From the IMG/VR virus record IMGVR_UViG_3300020281_000010: a DNA stretch of 64,000 bases; one strand, written 5' to 3'. Shown piece by piece: positions 38,134-45,114 of this stretch. The notes below the pieces were generated by a model that saw only the letters and a list, made by a program, of their open reading frames with translations, searched no databases and was not told the origin of the DNA. The position numbers and the translations under genes were made by a program. The DNA is from a virus. Numbering within the stretch: position 1 is the first letter of the stretch; every line of letters starts with the position of its first letter.

Positions 38134-39304
38134 GATGTCATCCGACGACAATACTAAAACAGGCATTGATAAAATTACAGTATTTAATAAGGGACAACAC
38201 GATACTAAGAAACAACCTATGTTCTTTGGACAACCACTCGGTGTTCAAAGATACGATGGTTTTAAGTATCCTGTCTTTGATAGACTAACCAATTCACAAT
38301 TAGGATTCTTCTGGAGACCCGAAGAGGTGTCACTTCAAAAGGATCGTTCTGACTTTCAAGAATTAACTGATGCACAAAAGCACATCTTTACGAGCAATCT
38401 ACGGTACCAGATCCTCCTTGACTCTGTACAAGGTCGTGGTCCTGGGATGGCATTCATTCCATATTGCTCACTACCTGAACTTGAGTCTGCGATGATCGCG
38501 TGGGAGTTTATGGAGATGATCCATAGTCGCTCTTACACATACATCATCAAGAATGTTTACTCAAATCCAGAGGAAGTTTTCGATACGATTCTTGACGACG
38601 AAAGAATTCTTTCACGTGCTAGATCTGTGACTGAAGCGTATGATGAGTTCATCAACTACGCACAGGAATGGGGACAAGGTAACTGGTGGAAGACGGACTG
38701 GAAAGATTCTCCTTCTGCATACTGGGAGAAGAAAGAACTTAAGCGTAGACTCTATAGAGCAGTTATGAATGTGAATATCCTTGAGGGTATTCGCTTCTAT
38801 GTTTCATTCGCTTGTTCTTTTGGATTCGGTGAACTTAAAAAGATGGAAGGATCTGCTAAGATCATTTCACTTATTGCACGTGACGAGTCACAACACCTCG
38901 TACTCACTCAGAACATTCTTAACAAGTGGGCAGAAGGTGACGATCCTGATATGATCGACATCATCAAAGAGGAGAAAGACAACGTTGTTGAAATGTTCCA
39001 ACGTTGTGTAGAAGAAGAGAAGGATTGGGCAGAGTATCTGTTCAAAGATGGTTCAATGATCGGACTCAATGCTAAACTTCTCGGACAATATGTTGAGTGG
39101 ACTGCTAACCGTAGAATGAAAGCGATCGGCATCGATCCTATCTACGATATTCCTGCTAGAAACAATCCACTTCCTTGGACAAATCATTGGTTGAACTCTA
39201 AAGGTCAACAGAATGCACCACAGGAAACAGAGATTGAATCCTATGTTGTAGGAGCAATCAAACAAGACATTAAAAAAGATACGTTCTCTGGTTTCAAACT
39301 TTAA
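38114..39304 (+). CDS. nrdB: Ribonucleotide reductase class Ia beta subunit
   Basis: FWRPEE, EMIHSRSY, EGIRFYVSF, RDESQH, APQETE. Confidence 0.98.
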   Translation: MTVAKFKMSSDDNTKTGIDKITVFNKGQHDTKKQPMFFGQPLGVQRYDGFKYPVFDRLTNSQLGFFWRPEEVSLQKDRSDFQELTDAQKHIFTSNLRYQILLDSVQGRGPGMAFIPYCSLPELESAMIAWEFMEMIHSRSYTYIIKNVYSNPEEVFDTILDDERILSRARSVTEAYDEFINYAQEWGQGNWWKTDWKDSPSAYWEKKELKRRLYRAVMNVNILEGIRFYVSFACSFGFGELKKMEGSAKIISLIARDESQHLVLTQNILNKWAEGDDPDMIDIIKEEKDNVVEMFQRCVEEEKDWAEYLFKDGSMIGLNAKLLGQYVEWTANRRMKAIGIDPIYDIPARNNPLPWTNHWLNSKGQQNAPQETEIESYVVGAIKQDIKKDTFSGFKL

Positions 39305-39306
39305 CT

Positions 39307-39936
39307 ATGTTTATTGGTGAAGTCCCGACCACTGTGTCGGAACCCATCAAGGCAAGACTATTGAATAGTCCCTACTGGCCTTGGTATATGATTACTGAAA
39401 CAACTGGGTATGACCCTAAGTTTAATGATTCTATCCCCGATGAAATGTCGGGGGAGGATCCCCAGTTTCAGCACACAGTTGTAAACAACCACGGAGAAAT
39501 TTCTTCCCAACACGCTTGGGATATTGTGGTGGAACCACTGTGGAAATATATTTCTGAGAACTTTGCCGACGAACTAGGAGACTTTGAAAAGTTCAGACGT
39601 ATCAAAATCAATCTATTAACTAAGAAAGAATCGAAGCATCTATACCATACACCACACGTGGATTATGATTTTCCACATATGACGTTGCTGTATTATGTGA
39701 ACGATTCAGATGGTCCTACGTTCTTCTTCAATGAAACGTATGATGGATCACGTAAGAAACTGACGCTGAAAACTAAGATCGAACCACGTCAAGGTAGGTT
39801 TGTTATCTTCGATGGTCATAACTTTCACGCGAGCAGTAATCCGCAGTACAATGACTATCGATGCATAATCAACTTAAATTACATCTTAAGTTCCTCAGGC
39901 AACTTAAGCGGGATCTTAAACGAGATAAAGGTATAG
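39307..39936 (+). CDS. 2OG-Fe(II) oxygenase-like protein
   Basis: PHVD, LYYVNDSDGPT, IFDGHNFHAS, RCIINLN. Confidence 0.8.
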   Translation: MFIGEVPTTVSEPIKARLLNSPYWPWYMITETTGYDPKFNDSIPDEMSGEDPQFQHTVVNNHGEISSQHAWDIVVEPLWKYISENFADELGDFEKFRRIKINLLTKKESKHLYHTPHVDYDFPHMTLLYYVNDSDGPTFFFNETYDGSRKKLTLKTKIEPRQGRFVIFDGHNFHASSNPQYNDYRCIINLNYILSSSGNLSGILNEIKV

Positions 39937-39975
39937 GTATCCGTAGGAACAGAAAGCGTTACAAAAAGAAAGATG

Positions 39976-40004
39976 TTGCTAAATAATACAGGGTATGTTA
40001 TCAT
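39976..40004 (+). promoter_or_regulatory. sigma70-type promoter with overlapping late-type CTAAATA
   Basis: TTGCTA-17 nt-TATCAT with extended TG; predicted TSS near 40010, at aptamer start. Confidence 0.65.
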
Positions 40005-40011
40005 ATCCATA

Positions 40012-40052
40012 CGTTCATCCTCTTCGGAGGACGCAAGTAAGTCGCGGAACGG
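40012..40052 (+). ncRNA. Glutamine-riboswitch-like aptamer 1 (glnA / Downstream-peptide class)
   Basis: P1 CGTTC/GAACG, P2 TCCTC-TTCG-GAGGA, junction CGCAAGTAAGTCGCG. Confidence 0.75.
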
Positions 40053-40054
40053 AG

Positions 40055-40255
40055 CGTTCATCCCGCTTAAACCACTATGTTAATGCATTTATTGCTGTTA
40101 ATGTACCTCGATATTGAGTGTGCGGATGCGTATCGAATGGTTCGAAACGTAAACAAGCACGAACAATTATCCCCTAGGGATAAGATCGAGTTGGTTGAAG
40201 TCATTCAAGAGGCAACTCCTGAATGTCCTTGGGACGCAAACGACTAAAGGAACGG
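40055..40255 (+). ncRNA. Glutamine-riboswitch-like aptamer 2, split by an internal ORF
   Basis: CGTTCATCCC (40055-64) ... GGGACGCAAACGACTAAAGGAACG (40231-54): same scaffold as aptamer 1 with a 166-nt P2 loop. Confidence 0.65.
40077..40247 (+). CDS. 56-aa ORF nested in aptamer 2
   Basis: MLMHLLLLMYLDIECADAY...PECPWDAND*; stop codon lies in the 3' aptamer strand. Confidence 0.6.
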   Translation: MLMHLLLLMYLDIECADAYRMVRNVNKHEQLSPRDKIELVEVIQEATPECPWDAND

Positions 40256-40288
40256 GCCTAAAAATCCAATTACTTTAGGAGTATTCCA

Positions 40289-40432
40289 ATGGAACTAATC
40301 ACTTACAGAGGCGTTAAGTATAACGCAAAAGAGTACAAAGCAAAGGTACTTGCCGAGGCATCATCTCGTAGAAACCACGAAATGATGTACAGAGGCATCA
40401 AAGTTGAACGAAAGTTCGCATCTAAGAGTTGA
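40289..40432 (+). CDS. YRG-motif peptide (DUF4278-like), riboswitch-downstream
   Basis: MELITYRGVKY...MMYRGIKV; AGGAG RBS. Confidence 0.75.
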   Translation: MELITYRGVKYNAKEYKAKVLAEASSRRNHEMMYRGIKVERKFASKS

Positions 40433-40536
40433 TGTTTGACTCACCTTTAACGGTGGTCGCACTCATATCTCTGGGGTCCGCAGCATTTCTTACCATAATT
40501 TATGCAGAAGTAAAACTTTTACATCAAGGAGGATAA
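40432..40536 (+). CDS. Small membrane peptide (34 aa)
   Basis: MFDSPLTVVALISLGSAAFLTIIYAEVKLLHQGG*; TGATG coupling. Confidence 0.55.
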   Translation: MFDSPLTVVALISLGSAAFLTIIYAEVKLLHQGG

Positions 40537-40540
40537 GACA

Positions 40541-40702
40541 ATGCGACTCAGGATCTCCATAGATTATGGGTTGCCAGAGTATGACGAGGTGAAACACAAT
40601 CCCGATAAGGTATTTGCCTTCCTTTGCTATCGTGGTGTGTACTATGCCAAATGGTGTAATCTCAACTTGTCATTCAATCAACGATCGACTTGGATCAAAT
40701 AA
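40541..40702 (+). CDS. Second YRG-motif small protein (53 aa)
   Basis: ...FAFLCYRGVYYAKW...; GGAGG RBS. Confidence 0.65.
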   Translation: MRLRISIDYGLPEYDEVKHNPDKVFAFLCYRGVYYAKWCNLNLSFNQRSTWIK

Positions 40703-40714
40703 CTTTCCGAAACG

Positions 40715-40740
40715 AACACCCTGCAAAGGGTGTTTTTTTA
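40715..40740 (+). terminator. Rho-independent terminator
   Basis: AACACCCT-GCAA-AGGGTGTT + T run. Confidence 0.85.
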
Positions 40741-40780
40741 TGCTAAGATATATAATACAAGATGATAGAGGTACTGCCGA

Positions 40781-41449
40781 ATGAAAATCTTTCTCGATTG
40801 TTCGGACCCCGAACTTATCCAACACGCGATGGAAACCAATCTAATCGACGGTGTTACTACCAACCCTTCTCTTATGTTGAAGGCAGGTAGAAATCCAAGA
40901 GATGTTATTCAAGAAATTAGTGATCTCTTCTCTTGGGATGCTTCAATTTCAGCAGAGGTTATGGGTGACAATGCTGAAGAAATGCTTGAAGCAGCAAATG
41001 AATACTATAGTATCGCACCCAACGTCACAATCAAACTACCCTGTACACGTGAAGGTTTGATTGCTTGTAGTGATCTATCAGCAGATGGCATCAGTACAAA
41101 CGTAACGTTAATCTTCTCAGTCGCACAAGCAATCCTCGCTGCAAAGGCAGGAGCATCTATGATGTCTCCTTTTGTTGGCAGACTGAACGACAATTCTTTC
41201 TCAGGTATTTCATTAGTCCAAGCAATCTCTAGGGTATATCGTATGCACGATGTAGAGACAGAGATCCTTGCTGCATCTGTACGCGAAGTGCACCACGTCG
41301 CACGTTGCTTTGATGCAGGGGCAGACATTGTGACTATGCCATACGAAGTGTTCAATAAAATGTACAAACATATCCTCACAGACAATGGTCTTGAGAGGTT
41401 TGAAAATGACTGGGCAAAACTACAGGAAGAATTACACGTAGACGAATGA
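40781..41449 (+). CDS. talC: Transaldolase (TalC/Fsa family)
   Basis: KIFLD, GVTTNPSL, IKLPCT, NVTLIFS, SPFVGR, ASVR. Confidence 0.95.
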   Translation: MKIFLDCSDPELIQHAMETNLIDGVTTNPSLMLKAGRNPRDVIQEISDLFSWDASISAEVMGDNAEEMLEAANEYYSIAPNVTIKLPCTREGLIACSDLSADGISTNVTLIFSVAQAILAAKAGASMMSPFVGRLNDNSFSGISLVQAISRVYRMHDVETEILAASVREVHHVARCFDAGADIVTMPYEVFNKMYKHILTDNGLERFENDWAKLQEELHVDE

Positions 41450-41628
41450 AACTTTGGAGACAAAAAGTAAACATCCCTGAGGTTGGTGAGGTCTTCGTGG
41501 AAGCGGAGACCAAATTTCCTTGGGAAGTCAAGGGACATATTGAGCGAATCCTCAAATTTGACCACGGAGTCACAAAGTTTGATATAATGGGTGCACCCCA
41601 AGAAGTTGCACCTGATGATCTACCTTAA
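41446..41628 (+). CDS. Hypothetical protein
   Basis: 60-aa coupled ORF. Confidence 0.6.
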   Translation: MKLWRQKVNIPEVGEVFVEAETKFPWEVKGHIERILKFDHGVTKFDIMGAPQEVAPDDLP

Positions 41629-41695
41629 GGCACTTGTCTTATTTGGAACTATTGCATTTTTTTGTTACTGGGGTCTAACCTCACAAACTCTATGA
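41615..41695 (+). CDS. Small membrane peptide (26 aa)
   Basis: MIYLKALVLFGTIAFFCYWGLTSQTL*; ATGA coupling to next ORF. Confidence 0.45.
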   Translation: MIYLKALVLFGTIAFFCYWGLTSQTL

Positions 41696-41859
41696 AAAAA
41701 AGAAACCTAAAGGTTCTCATTGCTGACATAGAAAAAGCATTAGCAGAACTGAAATCTGAAGTTTACGCAGACGCTTCAGCGTATCGTATAAGTAGTGGTG
41801 ACACAGACAGGACTACTACCTACCGTGACATCAACGACGAAGACGGTCTCTGCGATTGA
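41692..41859 (+). CDS. Hypothetical protein
   Basis: MKKRNLKVLIADIEKALAELKSEVY... Confidence 0.6.
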   Translation: MKKRNLKVLIADIEKALAELKSEVYADASAYRISSGDTDRTTTYRDINDEDGLCD

Positions 41860-42301
41860 TTATGAAAACCCCTGGATTTATAACGGATCCCCTTTTCTAT
41901 CTGAGGACATTAACGATTATTTCGGTTTTGTCTATCGGATTACAAATCTCGAATCGGGGAGGGAGTATATCGGACGAAAATACTTCTGGCAAAAACGAAA
42001 ACCTAGAGGTAAGTCTAGGAGAGTTACATCTGAAAGCGACTGGAAAAAATACTACGGATCGTGCCCTGAACTTACTGCTGATATTAAGCGACTCGGTAAG
42101 GATAGATTTAGACGAGAAATCTTATCACTCCATCTCACTACAGGAAAAACAAATTATGAGGAGACTCGACAACTCTTTGTCAATGGAGTCCTCACTGAAT
42201 CAAGACACGATGGAACCCCACACTTCTACAACTCCAACATACTAGGCAGGTACTATCGGAAAGATTATTTTCCAGACCCCTTGACACAGGAAGAAACCTG
42301 A
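41795..42301 (+). CDS. GIY-YIG-like protein (start uncertain)
   Basis: YFGFVYRITNL...EYIGRK...YYGS...E...FYNSNI. Confidence 0.75.
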   Translation: MVTQTGLLPTVTSTTKTVSAIDYENPWIYNGSPFLSEDINDYFGFVYRITNLESGREYIGRKYFWQKRKPRGKSRRVTSESDWKKYYGSCPELTADIKRLGKDRFRREILSLHLTTGKTNYEETRQLFVNGVLTESRHDGTPHFYNSNILGRYYRKDYFPDPLTQEET

Positions 42302-42309
42302 TATATAGT
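42281..42309 (+). promoter_or_regulatory. sigma70-type promoter
   Basis: TTGACA-17 nt-TATAGT. Confidence 0.7.
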
Positions 42310-42337
42310 ATGCTCTGTTGGTTCGAAGGCAAGAACA

Positions 42338-42493
42338 ATGTCCTCCTTTCAAATGGATGATTACGATTCTGACAATCAGTTTCTCAACTCTACACTGGAA
42401 GTTCTCATCGATAAGATGCACGACTACCTAGAGAAAAATGAACTACACAAAGCGGAGATTATTGCAGAGCGCATTGCTCAACTAGACTCCTAG
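42338..42493 (+). CDS. Small hypothetical protein (51 aa)
   Basis: MSSFQMDDYDSDNQFLNSTLEVLIDKMH...; between promoter and tRNA. Confidence 0.55.
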   Translation: MSSFQMDDYDSDNQFLNSTLEVLIDKMHDYLEKNELHKAEIIAERIAQLDS

Positions 42494-42500
42494 CATAGAT

Positions 42501-42573
42501 GGGTCAGTAGCACAGTGGATAGTGCAACTGCCTTCTAAGCAGTCGGTCGCAGGTTCGAATCCTGCCTGACCCG
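42501..42573 (+). tRNA. tRNA-Arg(TCT), no encoded CCA
   Basis: GGGTCAG/CTGACCC acceptor stem, ACTGC-CTTCTAA-GCAGT anticodon arm, GGTTCGAATCC T-loop. Confidence 0.95.
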
Positions 42574-42615
42574 TTCCCCTTTGGGGATTATAGTCTAGTC
42601 AAAAGAGGTAGCATT

Positions 42616-42816
42616 ATGCCTATCAGTAGGAGTGATCTCTCATATTTGAGGGATGTTGTTAACGGAGACATCGCATTGGATCAAGAAAACCCCTCCTTGT
42701 TCAAGCGACTGTTCAAGTATTACGAGTCTGTTGGTGTTCAGTTCTTTGGAGACCCAGACGAGGATTACGAACTCTTCGTAGACAATCTTGCTCTAGACAT
42801 TGGATTCACTTATTAA
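42616..42816 (+). CDS. Hypothetical protein
   Basis: 66-aa ORF with GAGG RBS. Confidence 0.65.
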   Translation: MPISRSDLSYLRDVVNGDIALDQENPSLFKRLFKYYESVGVQFFGDPDEDYELFVDNLALDIGFTY

Positions 42817-42862
42817 AGTGGCACACTGACCCTCGACAAGAGGGTCTTTTTTTGTGTATAGT
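42816..42862 (+). promoter_or_regulatory. AAGTGGCACAC box + terminator hairpin (42828-42853) + TATAGT -10
   Basis: GACCCTC-GACAA-GAGGGTC-T7; box G at 42818; TATAGT at 42857-62. Confidence 0.6.
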
Positions 42863-42883
42863 AATAACAGTTAAACAAAACCT

Positions 42884-43123
42884 ATGGACCTAATCCACGA
42901 ACGTTATCCTTACAAGTATGTGACCTGTGGTTTGCTTGAGATCAATGGCAAACCAGACTGCAGGATCCTCAAGTACAATGAGTACACTGATCGGTATCAG
43001 ACGATGTACTACTGTGACAATATGGATCAGATGATGACCGCTATCGAGGACTTCGAGTACACCAAGTGGTTGGACCCTGCAGGTGTTCCTTGTTACGAAC
43101 GTGACACAGTTTCGTCACACTAG
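42884..43123 (+). CDS. Hypothetical protein
   Basis: 79-aa ORF. Confidence 0.7.
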   Translation: MDLIHERYPYKYVTCGLLEINGKPDCRILKYNEYTDRYQTMYYCDNMDQMMTAIEDFEYTKWLDPAGVPCYERDTVSSH

Positions 43124-43144
43124 TCAAGAAAAACTGACGTAGGG

Positions 43145-43173
43145 GTTGACAAAAATTTACAATCCCTATATAA
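43145..43173 (+). promoter_or_regulatory. hli promoter with HLR1-like direct repeat
   Basis: TTGACA-17 nt-TATAAT; TTGACAAA-AA-TTTACAAT. Confidence 0.7.
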
Positions 43174-43199
43174 TTGTAACAGTTCTTAATACTTGACTA

Positions 43200-43397
43200 A
43201 TGACCACAATCACTGAACAAGGCGGAAGACAAAACATCTTCGCGAAAGAACCACAGATGAGAGTAATGGATGTCGCAGTGACACACAACGAACGTGCAGA
43301 ACTCCTTAATGGAAGACTGGCAATGCTCGGTCTTGCTACAGGATTCATTTCTTATGTTGCTACAGGCAACTTCTTTTTCTTCGGACTACTTGGTTAG
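43200..43397 (+). CDS. hli: High-light-inducible protein
   Basis: AELLNGRLAMLG. Confidence 0.95.
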   Translation: MTTITEQGGRQNIFAKEPQMRVMDVAVTHNERAELLNGRLAMLGLATGFISYVATGNFFFFGLLG

Positions 43398-43446
43398 ACC
43401 GATGATTCCCTCAATGCTATCAATTCAATTTTACAGGAGACTAACA

Positions 43447-43554
43447 ATGACCCCAGAGGCAGAACGTTTTAATGGTTGGGCAGCAATGCTCGGTTTCGTA
43501 GCAGCAGTTGGTGCTTACGTTACAACAGGACAAATCATCCCAGGAATTTTCTAA
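43447..43554 (+). CDS. hli: High-light-inducible protein (35 aa)
   Basis: MTPEAERFNGWAAMLGFVAAVGAY...TGQIIPGIF. Confidence 0.95.
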   Translation: MTPEAERFNGWAAMLGFVAAVGAYVTTGQIIPGIF

Positions 43555-43555
43555 G

Positions 43556-43735
43556 ATGAGAACAAACACACAATTCTCTGTGCCCCAACAACCACAGGCA
43601 CAAGCAAGAGCAATCGCTATCGAACCTCAGAAGGTTTGGGCAGAGACTTGGAATGGCAGACTCGCAATGCTCGGTTTAGTTGCCGCTGCGTGTTCTGATT
43701 TGTTAACTGGACATATGTTCTTCGGATTATTCTGA
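43556..43735 (+). CDS. hli: High-light-inducible protein
   Basis: AETWNGRLAMLG. Confidence 0.92.
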   Translation: MRTNTQFSVPQQPQAQARAIAIEPQKVWAETWNGRLAMLGLVAAACSDLLTGHMFFGLF

Positions 43736-43767
43736 TAGAATAAATACGTTCAGCGTATTACAAATCT

Positions 43768-43920
43768 ATGGCACCGAATCCAGATCAGTTGTGGGAAGAT
43801 ATGGAAAAACTCAATGCACTCTATCAAGAGTTATGTTGGGACCCCGATGACAATCTGGAGTTCGGTCTTGCCAATGTAGACTCTGAAAATGTAATCGTTA
43901 TTAAGAAACGAAATGATTGA
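43768..43920 (+). CDS. Small hypothetical protein (50 aa)
   Basis: MAPNPDQLWEDMEKLNALYQELCWDPDD...; TAAATA upstream. Confidence 0.6.
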   Translation: MAPNPDQLWEDMEKLNALYQELCWDPDDNLEFGLANVDSENVIVIKKRND

Positions 43921-44464
43921 ATGGATCTGTGCAACGTGTACCTTCAATGAGTCAAGGGCACTACAGTATCTACAGGAGCGTCAAGGGATCAGGGATCCTC
44001 TGGCGCTTTCTGTCGTTATGGCAAACATCAAACAAGAATCAAACTTCATTCCCAATATCTGTGAGGGTGGTGCTCGGGTTGAGTATCAGGACTGTCACGT
44101 AGGTGGGTATGGTCTAATCCAATGGACATCTGAGTCACGCTATGTCGGACTTGGAATCTTCGCTGCAAGGTATGGATTAAACCCTTCAACCTTCGATACA
44201 CAGTTGAGATATATGTCCAATGAATACCAGTTCCAAAGAGCACTACTAGACTGGCAGATCCCTGGTCGTACCTACGAAGAGTACCACGATGCAGCATACA
44301 AGTGGTTGGGATGGGGAATAGAAGGACCTAGGAAGACTTATACATATAATTACCTGGATCGACTCTCAAAAGTCTCCGATGAAAAAGTTCAATCTACAAG
44401 TTCAGATCAAAAACGACTGGGTTACCTTGAGAAAATACTCGGGGTTATCGGAATTAAAGTGTAA
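43913..44464 (+). CDS. Lysozyme-like protein (phage tail lysozyme family)
   Basis: VMANIKQESNF...GYGLIQWT..R...QLRY. Confidence 0.7.
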   Translation: MIEWICATCTFNESRALQYLQERQGIRDPLALSVVMANIKQESNFIPNICEGGARVEYQDCHVGGYGLIQWTSESRYVGLGIFAARYGLNPSTFDTQLRYMSNEYQFQRALLDWQIPGRTYEEYHDAAYKWLGWGIEGPRKTYTYNYLDRLSKVSDEKVQSTSSDQKRLGYLEKILGVIGIKV

Positions 44465-44535
44465 TTTCTATACAAAGGTTTGCGAGATGGCAAAACCTTA
44501 TGTACCATACTATTGTAATGTGAGAATGATTCCCG

Positions 44536-44808
44536 ATGACAACTAACGACTGGAGATACTCTGATGATATGATGGAGTATCGAGCAACACTATTGAAGAG
44601 ATGTGTAAAACTCAACGGTGAACTGTCTAACAGACACTATAATTTTTGTGACTGGGTGATGAGCAGCGGACTTTACAAGAGACTTATTGAGATCGAAAAG
44701 ACTGACGAAAGTTTATTCACGCACGAATTGTCCGCACTCTATCTCGAATACTACTATGACACAGAAATCACTAACAAGAAAAAAAGCAGCGAAATTGCTG
44801 ATCACTAA
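44536..44808 (+). CDS. Hypothetical protein
   Basis: MTTNDWRYSDDMMEYRA... Confidence 0.6.
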   Translation: MTTNDWRYSDDMMEYRATLLKRCVKLNGELSNRHYNFCDWVMSSGLYKRLIEIEKTDESLFTHELSALYLEYYYDTEITNKKKSSEIADH

Positions 44809-44938
44809 GGCAATGAAACACCCTGAGAACTATTCTCAGGAAGATATTAACTATGCGTTTGCCACGCTTCGCCACATCAAGATCGAGAAGATCCAGAAGG
44901 CAGAAAAAGAAGTGGCACAAAGGGTTGACAATCCCTAG
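44756..44938 (+). CDS. Hypothetical basic protein
   Basis: MTQKSLTRKKAAKLLITKAMKHPENYS... Confidence 0.55.
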   Translation: MTQKSLTRKKAAKLLITKAMKHPENYSQEDINYAFATLRHIKIEKIQKAEKEVAQRVDNP

Positions 44939-44983
44939 ACCTTCAGAGTATTATATATACTGTTGAATGTTACGGAACGTAAA
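44910..44983 (+). promoter_or_regulatory. psbA promoter: AAGTGGCACA box, TTGACA, TATTAT, HLR1-like site
   Basis: TTGACA 44925-30, TATTAT 44949-54, AATGTTAC-GG-AACGTAAA 44966-83. Confidence 0.65.
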
Positions 44984-44994
44984 CAATTCAATAC

Positions 44995-45110
44995 TTCTCC
45001 CCGTAAACCGAGACCTCTAGGGAGGATAAATTACGTCTCTCATACCTCTGCCTAAGGGTGGTAGAGGAATATTATATTCACTGTTCCCTGCAGTATTACC
45101 TAACCCTTTT
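44995..45110 (+). ncRNA. PhotoRC-II-like structured psbA leader RNA
   Basis: GAGAC/GTCTC stem, CCTCT/AGAGG hairpin, AGGGA(45019)/TCCCT(45085) pseudoknot potential; position 5' of psbA. Confidence 0.65.
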
Positions 45111-45114
45111 TTCA

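Noticed and set aside
18223-39304. Introns or inteins in g43, g41, nrdA, nrdB (and psbA)
   Set aside because: All have normal lengths and contiguous motifs
41005-41601. 198-aa antisense ORF over talC
   Set aside because: Fully antisense to well-supported genes, with no recognisable motifs
41856-42245. 129-aa alternative-frame ORF inside the GIY-YIG-like gene; possible recoding because that gene lacks a nearby ATG
   Set aside because: No motifs in the alternative frame and no canonical slippery site; GTG 41795 gives an adequate start
41795-42301. GIY-YIG-like gene as a mobile homing endonuclease
   Set aside because: Short, no evident DNA-binding extension and not in an intron; cannot support a mobile-element call
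42575-42590. TCCCC-TTT-GGGGA hairpin after tRNA-Arg as a separate RNA element
   Set aside because: Too short; probably a tRNA 3' processing or trailer structure
45058-45114. 19-aa N-terminal extension of PsbA from GTG 45058
   Set aside because: Lies in the structured leader RNA; ATG 45115 gives a normal-length D1
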